64,000 bases of DNA from Octopus vulgaris (GCA_951406725.2 OX597817.1:143530001-143594000), one strand, 5' to 3'; shown: positions 27,876 to 41,380, counted from the first letter of the stretch. The notes: generated by a model from the sequence alone, not told the origin. Numbers and translations: made by a program.

Positions 27876-28305
27876 ACTCTTTTACTCTTTTACGTGTTTC
27901 AGTCATTTGACTGTAGCTATGGTCGGGGCACCGCCTTTAGTCGAATAAATCGACCCCAGGACTTATTCTTTGTAAACCTACTACTTATTTTATCAGTCTA
28001 TTTTGCCGAAACGCTAAGTTACGGAGATGTAAACACACCAGCATCGGTTGTCAAGCGATGTTGGGGGAGGGGGACAAACACAGACACACAAACATATACA
28101 CGCATACACACACACACGCACACAAACACACACACATATATATATATGTATGTATGTATATTTGTGTGTGTGTGTATGTACATTCTATATATATGTACGC
28201 ACACACACACTCGTTGGGATTCTTTTAGTTTCCGTCTACGAAAATCTGTCATAAAGCTTTCGTTTGCCCAGGACTAAAGTACTAAAAGTGGGAGACACTT
28301 GCCCA
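27876..28305 (-). mobile_element. SINE family B (5'-truncated), tail-to-tail with the previous copy
   Basis: Reverse-complement match. Confidence 0.85.
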
Positions 28306-28321
28306 GATATACATATATACA

Positions 28322-28375
<54 letters not shown>

Positions 28376-28388
28376 CATATATACATGC

Positions 28389-28459
<71 letters not shown>

Positions 28460-28740
28460 GGTAATACTAAGTAATTAAGGGTTTAGCAACGATTTGCCTC
28501 ACCACACACCGAGTTTAGAAATAGCAGTCAAAGAGTTATAGCTATTCTTTCTACTAAAAGGGAGATCTCAGTAAAATCACAGCACTTAAAAGGCAAACGC
28601 AGGTAAGAGAGAAAGAAATGACAACAATCATACAATATTAAGTCACCTACGGACGTACGTTTCGAAATTAAGTTTTAGGAAAGCATAAGAATTAGATAAT
28701 TATGTCTTACTTTATATTATTACTGATATATATATATATA

Positions 28741-29283
28741 TGTATATTGGCAGGGCTGGCCTGCTAGGTAGCCGGCCAGAATGCTAGAAGAAGATCATCA
28801 ACGATCAAACTACAAGGGAAATTCTCTAGAGGAAGAATTCAGCGAACACCAGAACCAACTTTGGCGGGCAGGACATATGAAAAATTAAATAAATAACAGA
28901 CTTAAATGCATACCTCGGTTTCGGTCTTAACAAAAGAATTACTTGCATAATTCAAGTGTCCGTGACTTCATCAGTACATTCGGTCCTCGAGATGCAAACC
29001 GCAAGACTAACCCCAGCTCTCTGTGTCAAGACAGACACGTGCTTAGTCTTACTGATTACATCGGGAATAAAATTTCAAATGTCTTGGTTCTGGCGCGCTG
29101 AGAGACTCCTGAAGCGAAGGGCTGCAGTGAATAATTCACTGCGGGTAGTGCTTACAACTAGGGAACGTATTTTGGTGTTCGCTGAATTCTTCTTCTAGAG
29201 AATTTCCCTTGTAGTTTGATCGTTGATGATCTTCTTCTAGCATTCTGGCCGGCTACCTAGCAGGCCAGCCCTGCCAATATACA
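28741..29283. mobile_element. Fold-back element with ~111-bp inverted arms enclosing a hammerhead ribozyme (Penelope-like pLTR)
   Basis: Arms at 28741-28851 and 29173-29283 with one mismatch seen; TA-rich flanks. Confidence 0.8.
28905..28980 (-). ncRNA. Type I hammerhead ribozyme
   Basis: AAUGUA-CUGAUGA-AGUC[loop]GACC-GAAAC-CGAG-GUA-UGCAUU: 6-bp helix I with one G.U; first helix II pair mismatched. Confidence 0.75.
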
Positions 29284-29379
29284 CATATATTTGAATTTTC
29301 TCTGACTCCTCAGATTTTTTGAATGCTGGACTACTGGTTTTAAATTGATATTAAAATTAATATTAATTTATCTCCCTCA

Positions 29380-29430
<51 letters not shown>

Positions 29431-30066
29431 TATATATGTGGAGGCACAATGGCCCAGTGGTTAGGGCAGTGGGCTCGTGGTCGTAGGATCGCGGTTTCGA
29501 TTCGTTGTGAGTGTTTATTGAGCAAAAACACCTAGAAGCCCACGAGGCTCCGGAAGGGGGTGGTGATCCCTGCTGTACTCTTTCACCCCTCTTTCTTCTG
29601 TTGGCCTGCTCGCGAACGCATTGTGACCAGCGATGTGTAATAACATCTGATGGTCTGATCGGTCACGTGATCACGTGATATATATATATGCATATATGCA
29701 TACATACATGCATACAAGAGTTAGCACATAAATGTGAAACAAGTTGGGAGAAAAAATCGTACTGGAATACCAGAGGTAAAGTAATATCCTCATTATTATT
29801 AAAGCTGTAAAAACATTGCAAAAATATCCCCAAAAGCTGCCACTCAGAGTCTTATGTACCCGTTCGTCGGACAGTTTTGGCTGAGAATGGAACAAAAACG
29901 TCATAGAGTGCGTTAAAACTTTCAGACAGATAGACAACACAAAGGTGGACAAGAGAAACAACAATTAGAAGGACAGGCAGAAAAGAGACAGGTCATTCTT
30001 GGCTTTCTTTCATCAGTCAAGTACAAGAAGTCATGACCATTTCGGACATATGTATATATATATGTC

Positions 30067-30102
<36 letters not shown>

Positions 30103-30120
30103 CACATATACATACATACA

Positions 30121-30154
<34 letters not shown>

Positions 30155-30352
30155 CATACATACATACATACATACATACATGCATACGTACAAACTTGTT
30201 ACCAGTTCAAATATGCTTGAGGCATGTTCAAACCTGTAAGAAAACCATTCACTGTAGTTTGTCATGGAGGACATTTCTCACTGTAGACAAATAGGTGTAA
30301 ATACACCAAGTCAGTCCAAAGTACCCTCTAACCAGATTGATGGATGGATTAC

Positions 30353-30528
30353 AGGTAAGTTCACTGCCATCAATTCACTGTGAAGAAAGTTCACTGCAAG
30401 GAAAGTTTACCAAGAAAATATATCCATAATATCTCACCATTAATAGTTGAAAAATATTTTACTGAAAAAAAACAGTGACTTGATAATGGTAAACTTTCCC
30501 TGTGGTGAATTGATGACAGTGAACTTAC
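30353..30528. mobile_element. Short MITE-like element with ~25-bp terminal inverted repeats (TIRs)
   Basis: GGTAAGTTCACTGCCATCAATTCAC ... GTGAATTGATGACAGTGAACTTACC. Confidence 0.65.
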
Positions 30529-30789
30529 CAGACATGTGCTGGATGCACGCATTTCTGAGTGGTTATCTCCTCTTCAGCATCAGGCATTAGAAAAGTGGAA
30601 TACTGCAAACGGAAAAGATATGGATGTCTTTCGTTATATTCCTGTCACACATTCATGCAAAACATTAACTTGGATGCAGTTTCTGTAGTGGCGAGAGTCA
30701 TTGACAGCCCTGTGGGAGTGGAAGAATGGACTAGCTGAACTCTTACAAAAAGTGGCATATTGGTTGAAACATGAGAAGGTTGTAGGAGT

Positions 30790-30890
30790 TTTTGAGAGTT
30801 CGTGGAAGTCGGGGGAAATCGTTGAGAGTTCGTGGAAGTCGGGGGAAATCGTTGAGAGTTCGTGGAAGTTGTAGGAAGTTGTTGAGAGTT
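30790..30890. repeat. 30-bp minisatellite (GTTGAGAGTTCGTGGAAGTCGGGGGAAATC)
   Basis: About 3 visible copies. Confidence 0.85.
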
Positions 30891-31289
30891 TGTATTTATT
30901 GGAGTGTTGTGTTAGTGGAGTAAATTGAAGTAGGTCGTGTGAAGACAGTTGTGTCTTTCCTTGCTTCGTGAAATCTGTATATCCAACATATAGAAGGATA
31001 CAAAAGTTTCCATTCAAGGGACACTTTTTCCCTAGTTTGAAGTTACATCAATATTCTGGTGGATGAGTTGTTGATAATAGTATAGGAGGTCCATTTTCTA
31101 CAGTTCCTGGATAGGGTCTGGTGAGACGACTGGCATTAGTACCTGGCTCAGTTATGGAGTTGGTTGTGGTATCAGAGTCTGTAGCAGTGAGAACTACACC
31201 AAACTGCCCATTGGAAGGCTCAGTCTAAGCTTTAATTTCTCTGCAAGCTGTAGCACTAGACTTGGAGAATAAGGTTTTGGTATATATAA

Positions 31290-31730
31290 GGCAGCGAGCA
31301 GGCAGAAACGTTAGCACACTGGGCAAAATGCTTAGCAGTATTTCATCTGCCGCTACGTTCTGAGTTCAAATTCCGCCGAGGTTGACTTTGCCTTTCATCC
31401 TAAGTACCAGTTATGCGCTGGGGTCGATATAATCGACTTAATTCGCTTGTCTGTCCTTGTTTGTCCCTTCTGTGTTTAGCCCCTTGTGGGTAGTTAAGAA
31501 ATAGGTATATATCAAACCAGCAAAGTAGCAGGATTGTTAGTACATCAGGCAAAATGCTTAGTGGTATTTCACCCATCTTTGCACTGTGAGTTCAAATTCC
31601 TCTGAGGTTGACATTGCCTTTCATCCTTTCAGGGTCGATGAAATAAGAACCAGCTATGCCACTGGGGGTCAATGTAATTGATTTAACCCTCTAACAAAAT
31701 TGCTGGCTTTGTGCCAAAATTTGAAACCTA
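31290..31730 (+). mobile_element. Two tandem SINEs, family C (central GCCTTTCATCCTTTCGGGGTCGATAAA box, Meta-domain-like)
   Basis: Other copies at 35777-36007(-), 41150-41380(+), 47600-47780(-), 61322-61785(+, two) and 63140-63265. The domain name is from recollection. Confidence 0.8.
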
Positions 31731-33167
31731 TATATTTTAGATCATTACAGGAAGTTAGTGTTAAACCAGATAATGAAAAGGAGATCAATTAGTAAAAGGA
31801 TTAATTATGATTCAGCTTTGTACCTGGAAGAAGTGCTGTTGATGCAATTTTCCTTGTGAGAGAATTGCAAGAGAAGTACTTAACCAAGCATAAATGCCTA
31901 TATCTGGTATTTATTAATCTAGGGAAACCATTTGCCAGTGGTCCCTGATCAGTTATCTAGAGATTGCTCAAAATTGCTGAAGCTTAGAATAAACTATCCA
32001 CATCAGTCGTTAGCTGTTGGGACACTACATCCTTCAAAACTTCCATGTCCCTTTTACTCTTAACAACTCATTCACTGTTCACTTCCTGTGCATTTTTCTG
32101 TCTACTCTTCATTCCCTTTTGGTTACCTTTTCTGGTGAGTTGTAGTGCACCTGAGTACTATATACAAGAAGATCATCATCATCATTATTATTATTATTAT
32201 TATTATCATTATTATTATTATAAAATTCCACCAAGATCGACTTTGCCTTTCATCCTTTCGGGGTAGATAAATTAAGTACCAGTTGTATACTAGGGTTGAT
32301 CTAATTGACTGGCTCCTTCCCCCAAAATTTCCAGCCTTGTGCCTAGAGTAGAAAAGTTTATTATTATTATTATTGAGTGAGAGAGCAGTGCATGCCATCA
32401 AAGTGACACTGGGATAAAATATACGAAGCCCAGTATACCCATCATGACTACCTGTCTGATAAGGGTACACTAGGCACATGCATCACAACCATATGTGAAT
32501 GACATTGTAATCTCATATCAAGATAAACAGCGCATGACATTGCAAGTGGGACCCAGTTAGAATTTTCTTCTGGTCGAGTAACCCATCCCGTTCAAAAGGT
32601 CCCTGAATAAGGATTGTTTAAGGATGTTGAACGAACCACCCATGTTTCCAAAGGTGAATTATCTAAACCTCAAAGAATTCCTTTCAACACACAGCTATGA
32701 TGCTTCCCCACTACTTCTGCTCATGATCAGAGATGCACATATCGTCAGCCACTAAGGGACATGCTCAACTGGTTAAGGTTTGTGTGCCTGTGTTTGTCCC
32801 CCCAACATCGCTTGACAGTCGATGCTGGTGTGTTTATGTCCCCGTAACTTAGCGGTTCGGCAAAAGAGACTGATAGAATAAGTACTATTTGCTCAGCTAA
32901 AGGCAGTGCTCCAGCATGACCACAGTCAAATGACTGAAACAAGTAAAATTCTACACATATATATACATACATTTTGCATTATTTGTATTGATTATATTCC
33001 AAGAGGGAGTTTTTGTCCGCTAATTGCATGGATAATCACAGCTAATATGAGTCGTCTGCCTCGCTGTGTTACTGATGGTCCTGAGATTCTACAGAGTTAA
33101 GTACACAGGATGCTCCACTGAGCAGGGTTTTTTCCTCTTGGTATATGTAGTGTGACAGTAAAGAATA

Positions 33168-33204
<37 letters not shown>

Positions 33205-33573
33205 TAGAGGGGGATAGATAGATGTAAAGAGAGAGAGAGAGAGATGTAGAGAGAGCAATAGGGAGGGAGGAGATTAAGTGAGAGAGAGAGAGAGACAGAC
33301 AGAGAGGGAGATGGTTAAGACAAGGAAAGAGATGGGTAAGAGAGAAAGAGAGAGGAGTTACTTAAGAAAGAGATAAAGAAGAAGAGCTAAAGAGGAAGAT
33401 AGATAGACAGATAGAGAGAGGGGGAGGGGGGAGATACTTAACAGAGAGATTAGAGATGTTGGTTAAGATAGATAGAGAAATAGATAGACAGGCAGACAGA
33501 CAGACAGATAGATAGACAGACAGACAGACAGATAGATAGATAGATAGGTAGATTGATAGGTAGATAGATAGGT

Positions 33574-33605
<32 letters not shown>

Positions 33606-33648
33606 GAGATTCTTAAGAGAGAGATAGAGAGGAAGCTGGTTAAGACAG

Positions 33649-33692
<44 letters not shown>

Positions 33693-33899
33693 TATTTATT
33701 TATTTATTTATTTAATTATTTCATAATAATTTCACCTTCACTTACTGAACTGTGAATATAAACACATTGCATGTCTCTCTCTTCCCACCTACACCTAACC
33801 TACTCTGCCTACTCCTCCCCCCCTCCCGACCTCCGTCATCATTGCCATCATTATTCTCATCAGTGTCATCATAAGCTTCATCAGCATCATCGTCGTCGT

Positions 33900-34018
33900 C
33901 GTCGTCTGTCGTTATCATTGTTAACACCACCACCACCACCACCACCTTCTTCTTCTTCTTCATCATCATCATCATCATCATCTTCTTCTTCATCACCAGC
34001 ACCACCACCACCACCACC

Positions 34019-34050
<32 letters not shown>

Positions 34051-35201
34051 CATCTTCTTCATCACCAGCACCACCACCACCACCATCATCATCATCACCA
34101 TTATCATCATCATCATCATCTTCTTCATCACCAGCACCACCACCACCACCATCATCATCATCACCATTATCATCATCATCATCATCATCATCACCATCAC
34201 CATTGGTGTCATGGTAGTTTTTCTTCTTTTTTTTTGTCTTTTTTTTAGAATAAGATGGCTGTTGGATTAAACTTTTAGCTCTGAAGATTAGGAGAATGTC
34301 AAGTAGACACGCGCTAAGACATACGAGCGAGCGCTGTGAACGTTGCTAACAATGGTAAAGCAGAGGAAAAAAACAACAATAAAAGACTATAAACAATAAA
34401 CAAACAAACAAATAAACATGCTACCATCAAGAACAACATTAACAGATTTGACAAAATAAGAAGCACGAGGTATAAAGAGGATGACAGAAATATATATAAA
34501 AAAAAATAGCAATCACACTACTACCTTTACCACCACCACCACCACTACCACTACCAACAGTACCACCTTCACTACCACCACCACCACTACTACCACCATC
34601 ACCACCACTGCCAGCAGCACCACCATCACTACCACCACTACCACCACCACCACCACCATCACTATCACCACTACCACCACCACTACCACTGCCAACAGCA
34701 CCACCATCACTACCATCACTACCACCACTACCACCACCACCACCATCACCACCACCACCACCACCACCACCACCACTACCACTGCCAACAGCACCACCAT
34801 CACTACCACCATCACCACCACCACCACCGCCACCGCTACTACCACCACTAACAACACCACCACCACCACCATCACTACCATCACCATCACCACCACTACT
34901 GCTGCTGCCATTGCCAATCACCACTACCACTGTGGCCGCCACCACCACTACCACTGCCAACATCACCACCACCACCACCACCACCACCACTACTACCACC
35001 ACCACTGCCACCACCACTAACACCACCACCACCACCGCCACCACCACCGCCGCCACCAAAACAACAACAACAGCGGCAGCAAAAGTAACATTAACAGCAA
35101 TAGCATCAAGTGCAACAATAAGAAAAAACATGAGTACTTGTAGTCACCACCATGACAGAGAGAATCAAAGACAGACATTTCTTTGCATCACAAACAAGAA
35201 T

Positions 35202-35234
<33 letters not shown>

Positions 35235-35260
35235 AAAAACGAGATCAGCAATAACACCAA
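33900..35260. repeat. Trinucleotide arrays (CAT/CAC/CTT; ACC/ACT; AAC)
   Basis: Directly visible; they produce the poly-T/G/V/M ORFs. Confidence 0.92.
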
Positions 35261-35564
35261 CAAAAACAAGAAGACTAAGAACAAGATCAACATCGACAAC
35301 AGCACTAAAAACAACATCATCAACCACAACAACAACACTTTTAAAAAATAAGAGCAGGAACAACTGTGAACATCGTCAAAAATACCAAGAATAATTGCAA
35401 TAATTAAAAACAATTGCGACAAACTCTAAAAGATATTCTGTAGAAATCACTACAATAAATGATTAGTTTACAAAATGGGACTATGTGGAAGTTCAACAAG
35501 AAGTGTTCAATACATTGATCACCTTTACTCTCATTGATCACCACCAATGATAATGATGATGGTG

Positions 35565-35645
<81 letters not shown>

Positions 35646-35776
35646 TTTAACGTCTGTTTTCTAGTTTTTCATGCTGGTATGGGTTGGATGGTTTGACAAG
35701 AGTTGGTTCAAGTTATTTACCTTTTGAGATTATTTTCATTTCATTTCAGTTCAGTTACCTTTCTATTTGTATATCT

Positions 35777-36007
35777 GTTTCTTTACTACCCACAAGGGGC
35801 TAAACATAGAGGGGACAAACAAGGACAGACTAACGGATTGAGTCGATTACATCGACCCCAGTGCGTAACTGGTACTTAATTTATCGACCCCGAAAGGATG
35901 AAAGGCAAAGTCGACCTCGGCGGGATTTGAACTCAGAACGTAACGGCAGACGAAATACGGCTACGCATTTCGCCCGGCGTGCTAACGTTTCTGCCAGCTC
36001 GCCGCCT
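35777..36007 (-). mobile_element. SINE family C with 12-bp TSD
   Basis: ATTTGTATATCT at 35765-35776 and 36009-36020. Confidence 0.9.
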
Positions 36008-36899
36008 AATTTGTATATCTATTAATAGATATATCTCTTCCTGCGTATCCGTTGTTGTTCCACCAAGCTGCACCAAGCTCCAGTTGTCTGTTTTGGCATG
36101 GTTTCTATGGCAGGATGCCCTTCCTATGCCAACCGCTTTACAGAGTGCTTTTTACATGATACCAGCACAGGTGCTTTTTATACGACACCAGCACGTGTGC
36201 CTTTTACCTGGCATCAACACAGGTATCTTTTTTGTGACACCAGCGCCAACAGGGTCACCAAGTAACTTGCAAGACAAAGACACCCCTCAGCTGGGAGGAG
36301 GGAGTAGTAGAAAGAGTGGGAGGCTTTGTGCCAGTTGATGAGAGATTAGAGGTACAGAGGGATATCTTGGTGTGTAGTAGTTACAGGAATAACTACTAGT
36401 TGGACTTGTGGAATTTCCACAACACTTTTTGCTCTCCAACCACCACCAAGGCTCAGTTCAAGTTATTTACCCATTGAGATTATTTTCATTTCAGTTCAGT
36501 TACCTTTCTATTTGTATATCTATTAATATATATATATCTTCCTGCGTATCAATTGTTATACCTATAGACTCACGTGTCTGTCTATCTTTCTGTCTGTCTG
36601 TTTAATTAAATATCATATCTACTTTCCTTTCTACCAAGGTATGTATCTGATTACTTTCATAATACTGGTAAGCGTTTAAATCTAAGCATTTAAACCTAAT
36701 AAGAAAAAAGGAATAATGTCAGTACCCCAGCATGGCCTCAGCCTTTAGCCTGGAACACATCTATAATACATTAAAAGTCAGTTTGAATTTTGCTTGCTTG
36801 CTTGTAATGTTACCCAGCCAAACTGGAGCATAATGGGAAAATACTACGAATTAACTTTACCCTGAAATGTTAATACAAACGGAATGAAACAAGTTTCAA

Positions 36900-37245
36900 C
36901 CACGTTCGGATGGTGCTTTTCACGTGCCAACGGCATGGGGAGCCAGTCAGACAGCTCTGGCAGCGACCCACGCATGAATGAATGGTACTTATTGCGTGCC
37001 ACCAGCACTGGTAACAGCCACAACTACAATTTCCATTTGATTTTTGATTTTACTTGACTCAATAGGTCTCATCAAGCATGGAATGTCGCCCAATGATTCA
37101 AAGGTACTTTTTAAATGGACCGGTTATGCAACACTTTCCTTGCTGGTTCATCTCAATCACAGCATATCTCCAGAGGTTTCGGTCTTTCGTCATTGCCTCT
37201 GTGAGGCCCAACGTTCAAAGGTCATGCTTCACCACCTCATCCCCT
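36900..37245 (-). mobile_element. RTE LINE C-terminus and 3' UTR
   Basis: Minus strand encodes ...RTLGLTEAMTKDRNLWRYAV, followed by the family A UTR. Confidence 0.75.
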
Positions 37246-37503
37246 GCCAAATACACTTTGCTATAAATTGAAATTGGTGAGTTTTCAGAGATGTCGGCAT
37301 CAGTTGTTAGTTCTCGGAGCACTGCATCCTTCAAAACTTCTATGCTTCCTGAGATTCGCCAACACTACACCTGATTTTCTATCCTCCATACACATGCAAG
37401 CATGTATCTGTCTCATACTTCCCAGGCATTTGTACATTACTGCTTATACTTTATACACACTTTTGACAAGTTGTGATGCACCTGAGCACTGTATACAATA
37501 ATT

Positions 37504-37583
<80 letters not shown>

Positions 37584-38318
37584 ATATGGTATATCAAAAG
37601 TGAAACTATTTGTGTGACAATTTCTTTAAATATTTCTTGTTTCTTAAAATTTTTTTTTTTTGCTGAATTGCTTATGTTTATGTCTGTGTATGGTGTATGT
37701 ATGTGTTTATGTCTGTGTATGTATGTATAATCCTGTATGTAAGTATATGTATGTATACATACAAAAATATACATACACGCACAAAAACACATATATACAT
37801 ACACAAAAAGTATATAAACATAAATGAGTCAGTCGATAAAAACCTTAAAGAACGATTCAGCTGGGGAAAAAAAAATCGAAGAAATAAAAAATTGTTTTAC
37901 TGAAATTGCCGAACACTTTCAGTTTTCATATACTATCTCCGAAAAATCGCCTTGAAATTAATCAAATTAAATAAACATCAGTCAATAGCTGATAAGAAAT
38001 AATTTAGTACACCAAACCATATGTGTATGCATTAATACAAGAATATAGTAATTATAATAAATTGAAGAGTAAACAATCTATTGATAGAATATATTTCATG
38101 ACCCAAATTACAGCCTTTCTATAGAATAAATAAACATGTTGTGAAAAGCAAATTAAAAGAGAATTAATAATAAAAATAATAATCATTTATCGAACAGAAC
38201 AACACAACGTGCATTCCATCCAATCATAAAAGATCGTTAACGATACATTACGAAAACTCAAATATGAAATATCTTCTCATCAGTAACGTTCCGGAATTTT
38301 GTAAGACATTAAATTATG

Positions 38319-38897
38319 TTCTATTGTGCCTGGGGAGAGTAATTTTCTTTTTGTGCCTTATTATGTAACACACTCACCGGTAAAATTTCCACGTTTTTCT
38401 TATTTTTATTGTCCTAAAATTTTTGATGCGTCTTGCAACCTTTTCAATAGTTTTGACTCTCTTTTCATCGTATAAGACTTATGTCTGATGTCTTCATGGG
38501 CAACATTTCTGACTGTTCCTTCTGACACATGGAGATTTTTTGCAATTGACCTCATGGACTTTTCGAGGTTATTATCAAATGTCTGTTGAACTTTCTGAAT
38601 AAATTCAGATGTTCTGATGATTTCAGAGCGTTTAGAATGGTTTTCATGCTTTGATACTGGTGATACGTTTCCATCTTCAGTCTCTAGCTCCTTACAAGAG
38701 TCAAAACTATTGAAAAGGTTGCAAGACGCAACGAAAATTTTAGGACAATAAAAATAAGAAAAACGTGGAATTTTTACCGGTGAGTGTGTTACATAATAAG
38801 GCACAAAAAGAAAATGACTCTCCCCAGACACAATAGAATATGCTTCAACACACGAACTCATATAAAGAATCTTGCGAACCAAATCCAAAAACGAAAC
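38319..38897. mobile_element. Inverted pLTR-like arms (~142 bp) enclosing a Tc1/mariner-superfamily transposase fragment
   Basis: Arms at 38319-38460 and 38697-38838. The spacer reads ...IRTSEFIQKVQQTFDNNLEKSMRSIAKNLHVSEGTVRNVAHEDIRHKSY (HTH). A short fold-back of the same arm family lies at 25738-25787. Confidence 0.75.
38707..38743 (+). ncRNA. Minimal hammerhead-like motif, U3-A8 variant
   Basis: CUA-UUGAAAA-G-GUUGC aagac GCAAC-GAAA-AUUU-UAG. Helix I is only 3 bp; a mutated mirror copy lies at 38414-38450. Confidence 0.45.
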
Positions 38898-40015
38898 TAA
38901 ATTATGTGTAAATTATTAATGTAATTTATGCCTTTAGATGTAAATATGAAGGTTGTAAATGAATGACAGGAGCTGCTGCAGTGATTCTCGACCGGGATCC
39001 ACTTGATTCTTGGGGGTCCATGTAACATTTTATTGTTAAAATTTATCTGCAATAAATCGGTTAAGGAATCCATAGGTAAGAAATGGTTGGCGTTAAGCAA
39101 ATATTGGTCTTTCTGGACAGCTGACTCCACATCTAGATGTCTTTGAGAAAGCGTTATATACAAACAAAATTAAGGTAGATATAAAAATATTCGTTGATAT
39201 CATAATCACCCTCATCGTTTTAACGTCCACTTTTCCATGTCTGCATGGGTTGGGAGGAGTTTATTGAGGCAGATTTTTCTACAGTCGGATATCCTTCCTA
39301 CTACCAGCCTTTACCTGTTTCCAGGCAAAGTTATATTTCTCCATGGGTTAATGAATCTAGTCTAAAAAAATCCCAGGTAAAAAAGTCACAGGAAAAATTC
39401 ACGGTCATAAAGTCACAGGGGTTTTGTCCCAGGGATTTTGTCCGGATCACATAAATTAATTGTGATTTTTTTCCTATCCAAAATTGTGACTTTATTACTG
39501 GTCACCGGCTACACGTGTTCACAGAATAATGGAAATGAATGACACTGCTTGTATGAGAAGGGCACTTGTTTACAACTACTATACGATGTCAAGACTAAGA
39601 GACACAAACATACAACACCATATCTGTCTGTTTGTCTGTTTGTCTGTCTATATGATTGGCTGAAAAACAGCAACAACAAAAACGAATGCCAAATACTATG
39701 GCCTAAACTATTTATTTATATTTTTATGGTGAGAGAAATCTGGTGTCAATGATAAAGGATCTTCCAGTTTAACGAAAACAAACGCATCGCAGTTCCCATA
39801 GTTCTCACAATATAACGCCAGTAAAAATACTTCTTCCATAAGACAAGAATGCTTAGATATTGAAATGATATTGGACTTTGGAAAATTAATGCTCCAATGA
39901 ATACAAAAAGACTATTGAGAAAATAGGGGGGAAATATTTAATATAAAATGCAAGTAAAGTGCCGAGTTTTTTTTTTTATAAGAGAAAACCTGTTCTTCGT
40001 GTAGACCAGTGAGAT

Positions 40016-40048
<33 letters not shown>

Positions 40049-40162
40049 GAATGAATACTTTGCAATTATTGCTTCCCAAACATGTGGTCTCGGGTTCAGT
40101 CTCACTTTGCAGCAACTTAGGTGTCTTCTGGAGCTATGGGCTGACCAAAGTCTATGTCTACA

Positions 40163-40675
40163 TACGGTAAATCCTCGAGTATAGTCCGCCCTTGAGTATA
40201 ATACGCAGGGATTTTTAGAGGGTTGTACCTCTGAAAAACCTAAACCTTGTGTATAATACGCACCTCTTCTCTAACTTGAGTCAAGGAAGTCTATATAACG
40301 TCCTTGGCTTGTAAAAATGTATACGCAAACGTCCTTTATTATTATTGTACATATAACATAATGCAAACGTGTAGCTTTTCTGTGCATTTTGTTTGCAGAA
40401 AATAAAGAAATAACAGTAATAACGTTTAATAGATGTTGCTTACTGCAAGTTATGGATGATTCTTTTATGACTTCATTGCTTTCAGGCTTAGCTTAAGGTA
40501 TTTTCGCACCCGACATCAGAAAATGCGTCTGAATAAACATTGCCGGACAGCAAATAGAGACTCGGACATTGCTTAGAAAATAATTTTCATTTTAACCTCG
40601 TATATAGTACGCACTAGGGATTTTGACCTTTAAATTTTGGGAAGAAAATGCAGATTATACTCGAAGATTTACGTA
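40163..40675. mobile_element. pogo/Tigger-type MITE
   Basis: TA-CGGTAAATCCTCGAGTATAGTCCGC ... GCAGATTATACTCGAAGATTTACG-TA, with internal GTATAATACGCA subrepeats. Confidence 0.75.
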
Positions 40676-40752
40676 CATACATACATACATACATACACAC
40701 ATACATGCACCCACATATACATATATTGATATGTATGTATGTATCTATATAA

Positions 40753-40790
<38 letters not shown>

Positions 40791-41149
40791 CCTATATAAG
40801 CAGGGAATTACGATGACTCTTTGCACGCCTGCTGACGAAGGTACCGCATCCTTAGAATTCTCTGGACGTCTGACAGTAAGAAACTACGATCGTGCTCGCA
40901 GATCGACAAATAGCACATTTGTTTCAATGAGTAGCTTTATTTTAATTTCAACTGCCACTTCGTTTTACATTGTACTTATGTATCATCACACACACACACA
41001 AGCATGTATCATCCATGTGACATACGCGACTAATTAGAAAGCCTAATAAATTATTAATATTGTTCAGAATCAACACAATTTACTCCACGCTCCATTATTC
41101 TTTCAATGAAAGTTTAATATTTTTCATTAAAGATATTAAAAACCTTGAG

Positions 41150-41380
41150 GGCGGCGAGCTGGCAGAAACGTTAACACGCCGGGCGAAATGCGTAGCCGTA
41201 TTTCGTCTGCCGCTACGTTCTGAGTTCAAATTCTGCCGTGGTCGACTTTGCCTTTCATCCTTTCGGGATCGATAAATTAAGTACCAGTTACGCACTGGGA
41301 TAGATGTAATCGACTTAATCTCTTTGTCTGTCCTTGTTTGTGCCCTCTGTGTTTAGCCCCTTGTGGATAATAGAGAAACA
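41150..41380 (+). mobile_element. SINE family C with 19-bp TSD
   Basis: AGATATTAAAAACCTTGAG at 41131-41149 and 41380-41398. Confidence 0.92.

Noticed and set aside
34215-34362. Plus-strand exon after a strong polypyrimidine-AG
   Set aside because: Weak donor (G|GTAAAG), early stop after the first ATG, and no partner exons found.
33742-35422. Gly-rich, Thr-rich (mucin-like) and Met/Val-rich ORFs
   Set aside because: Trinucleotide arrays open on both strands; no convincing splice or domain context.
40829-40901. HHR-like CTGACGA...GAAAC-TACGATCGTG-CTC
   Set aside because: Helix I is out of register and helix II does not close; at best a decayed copy.
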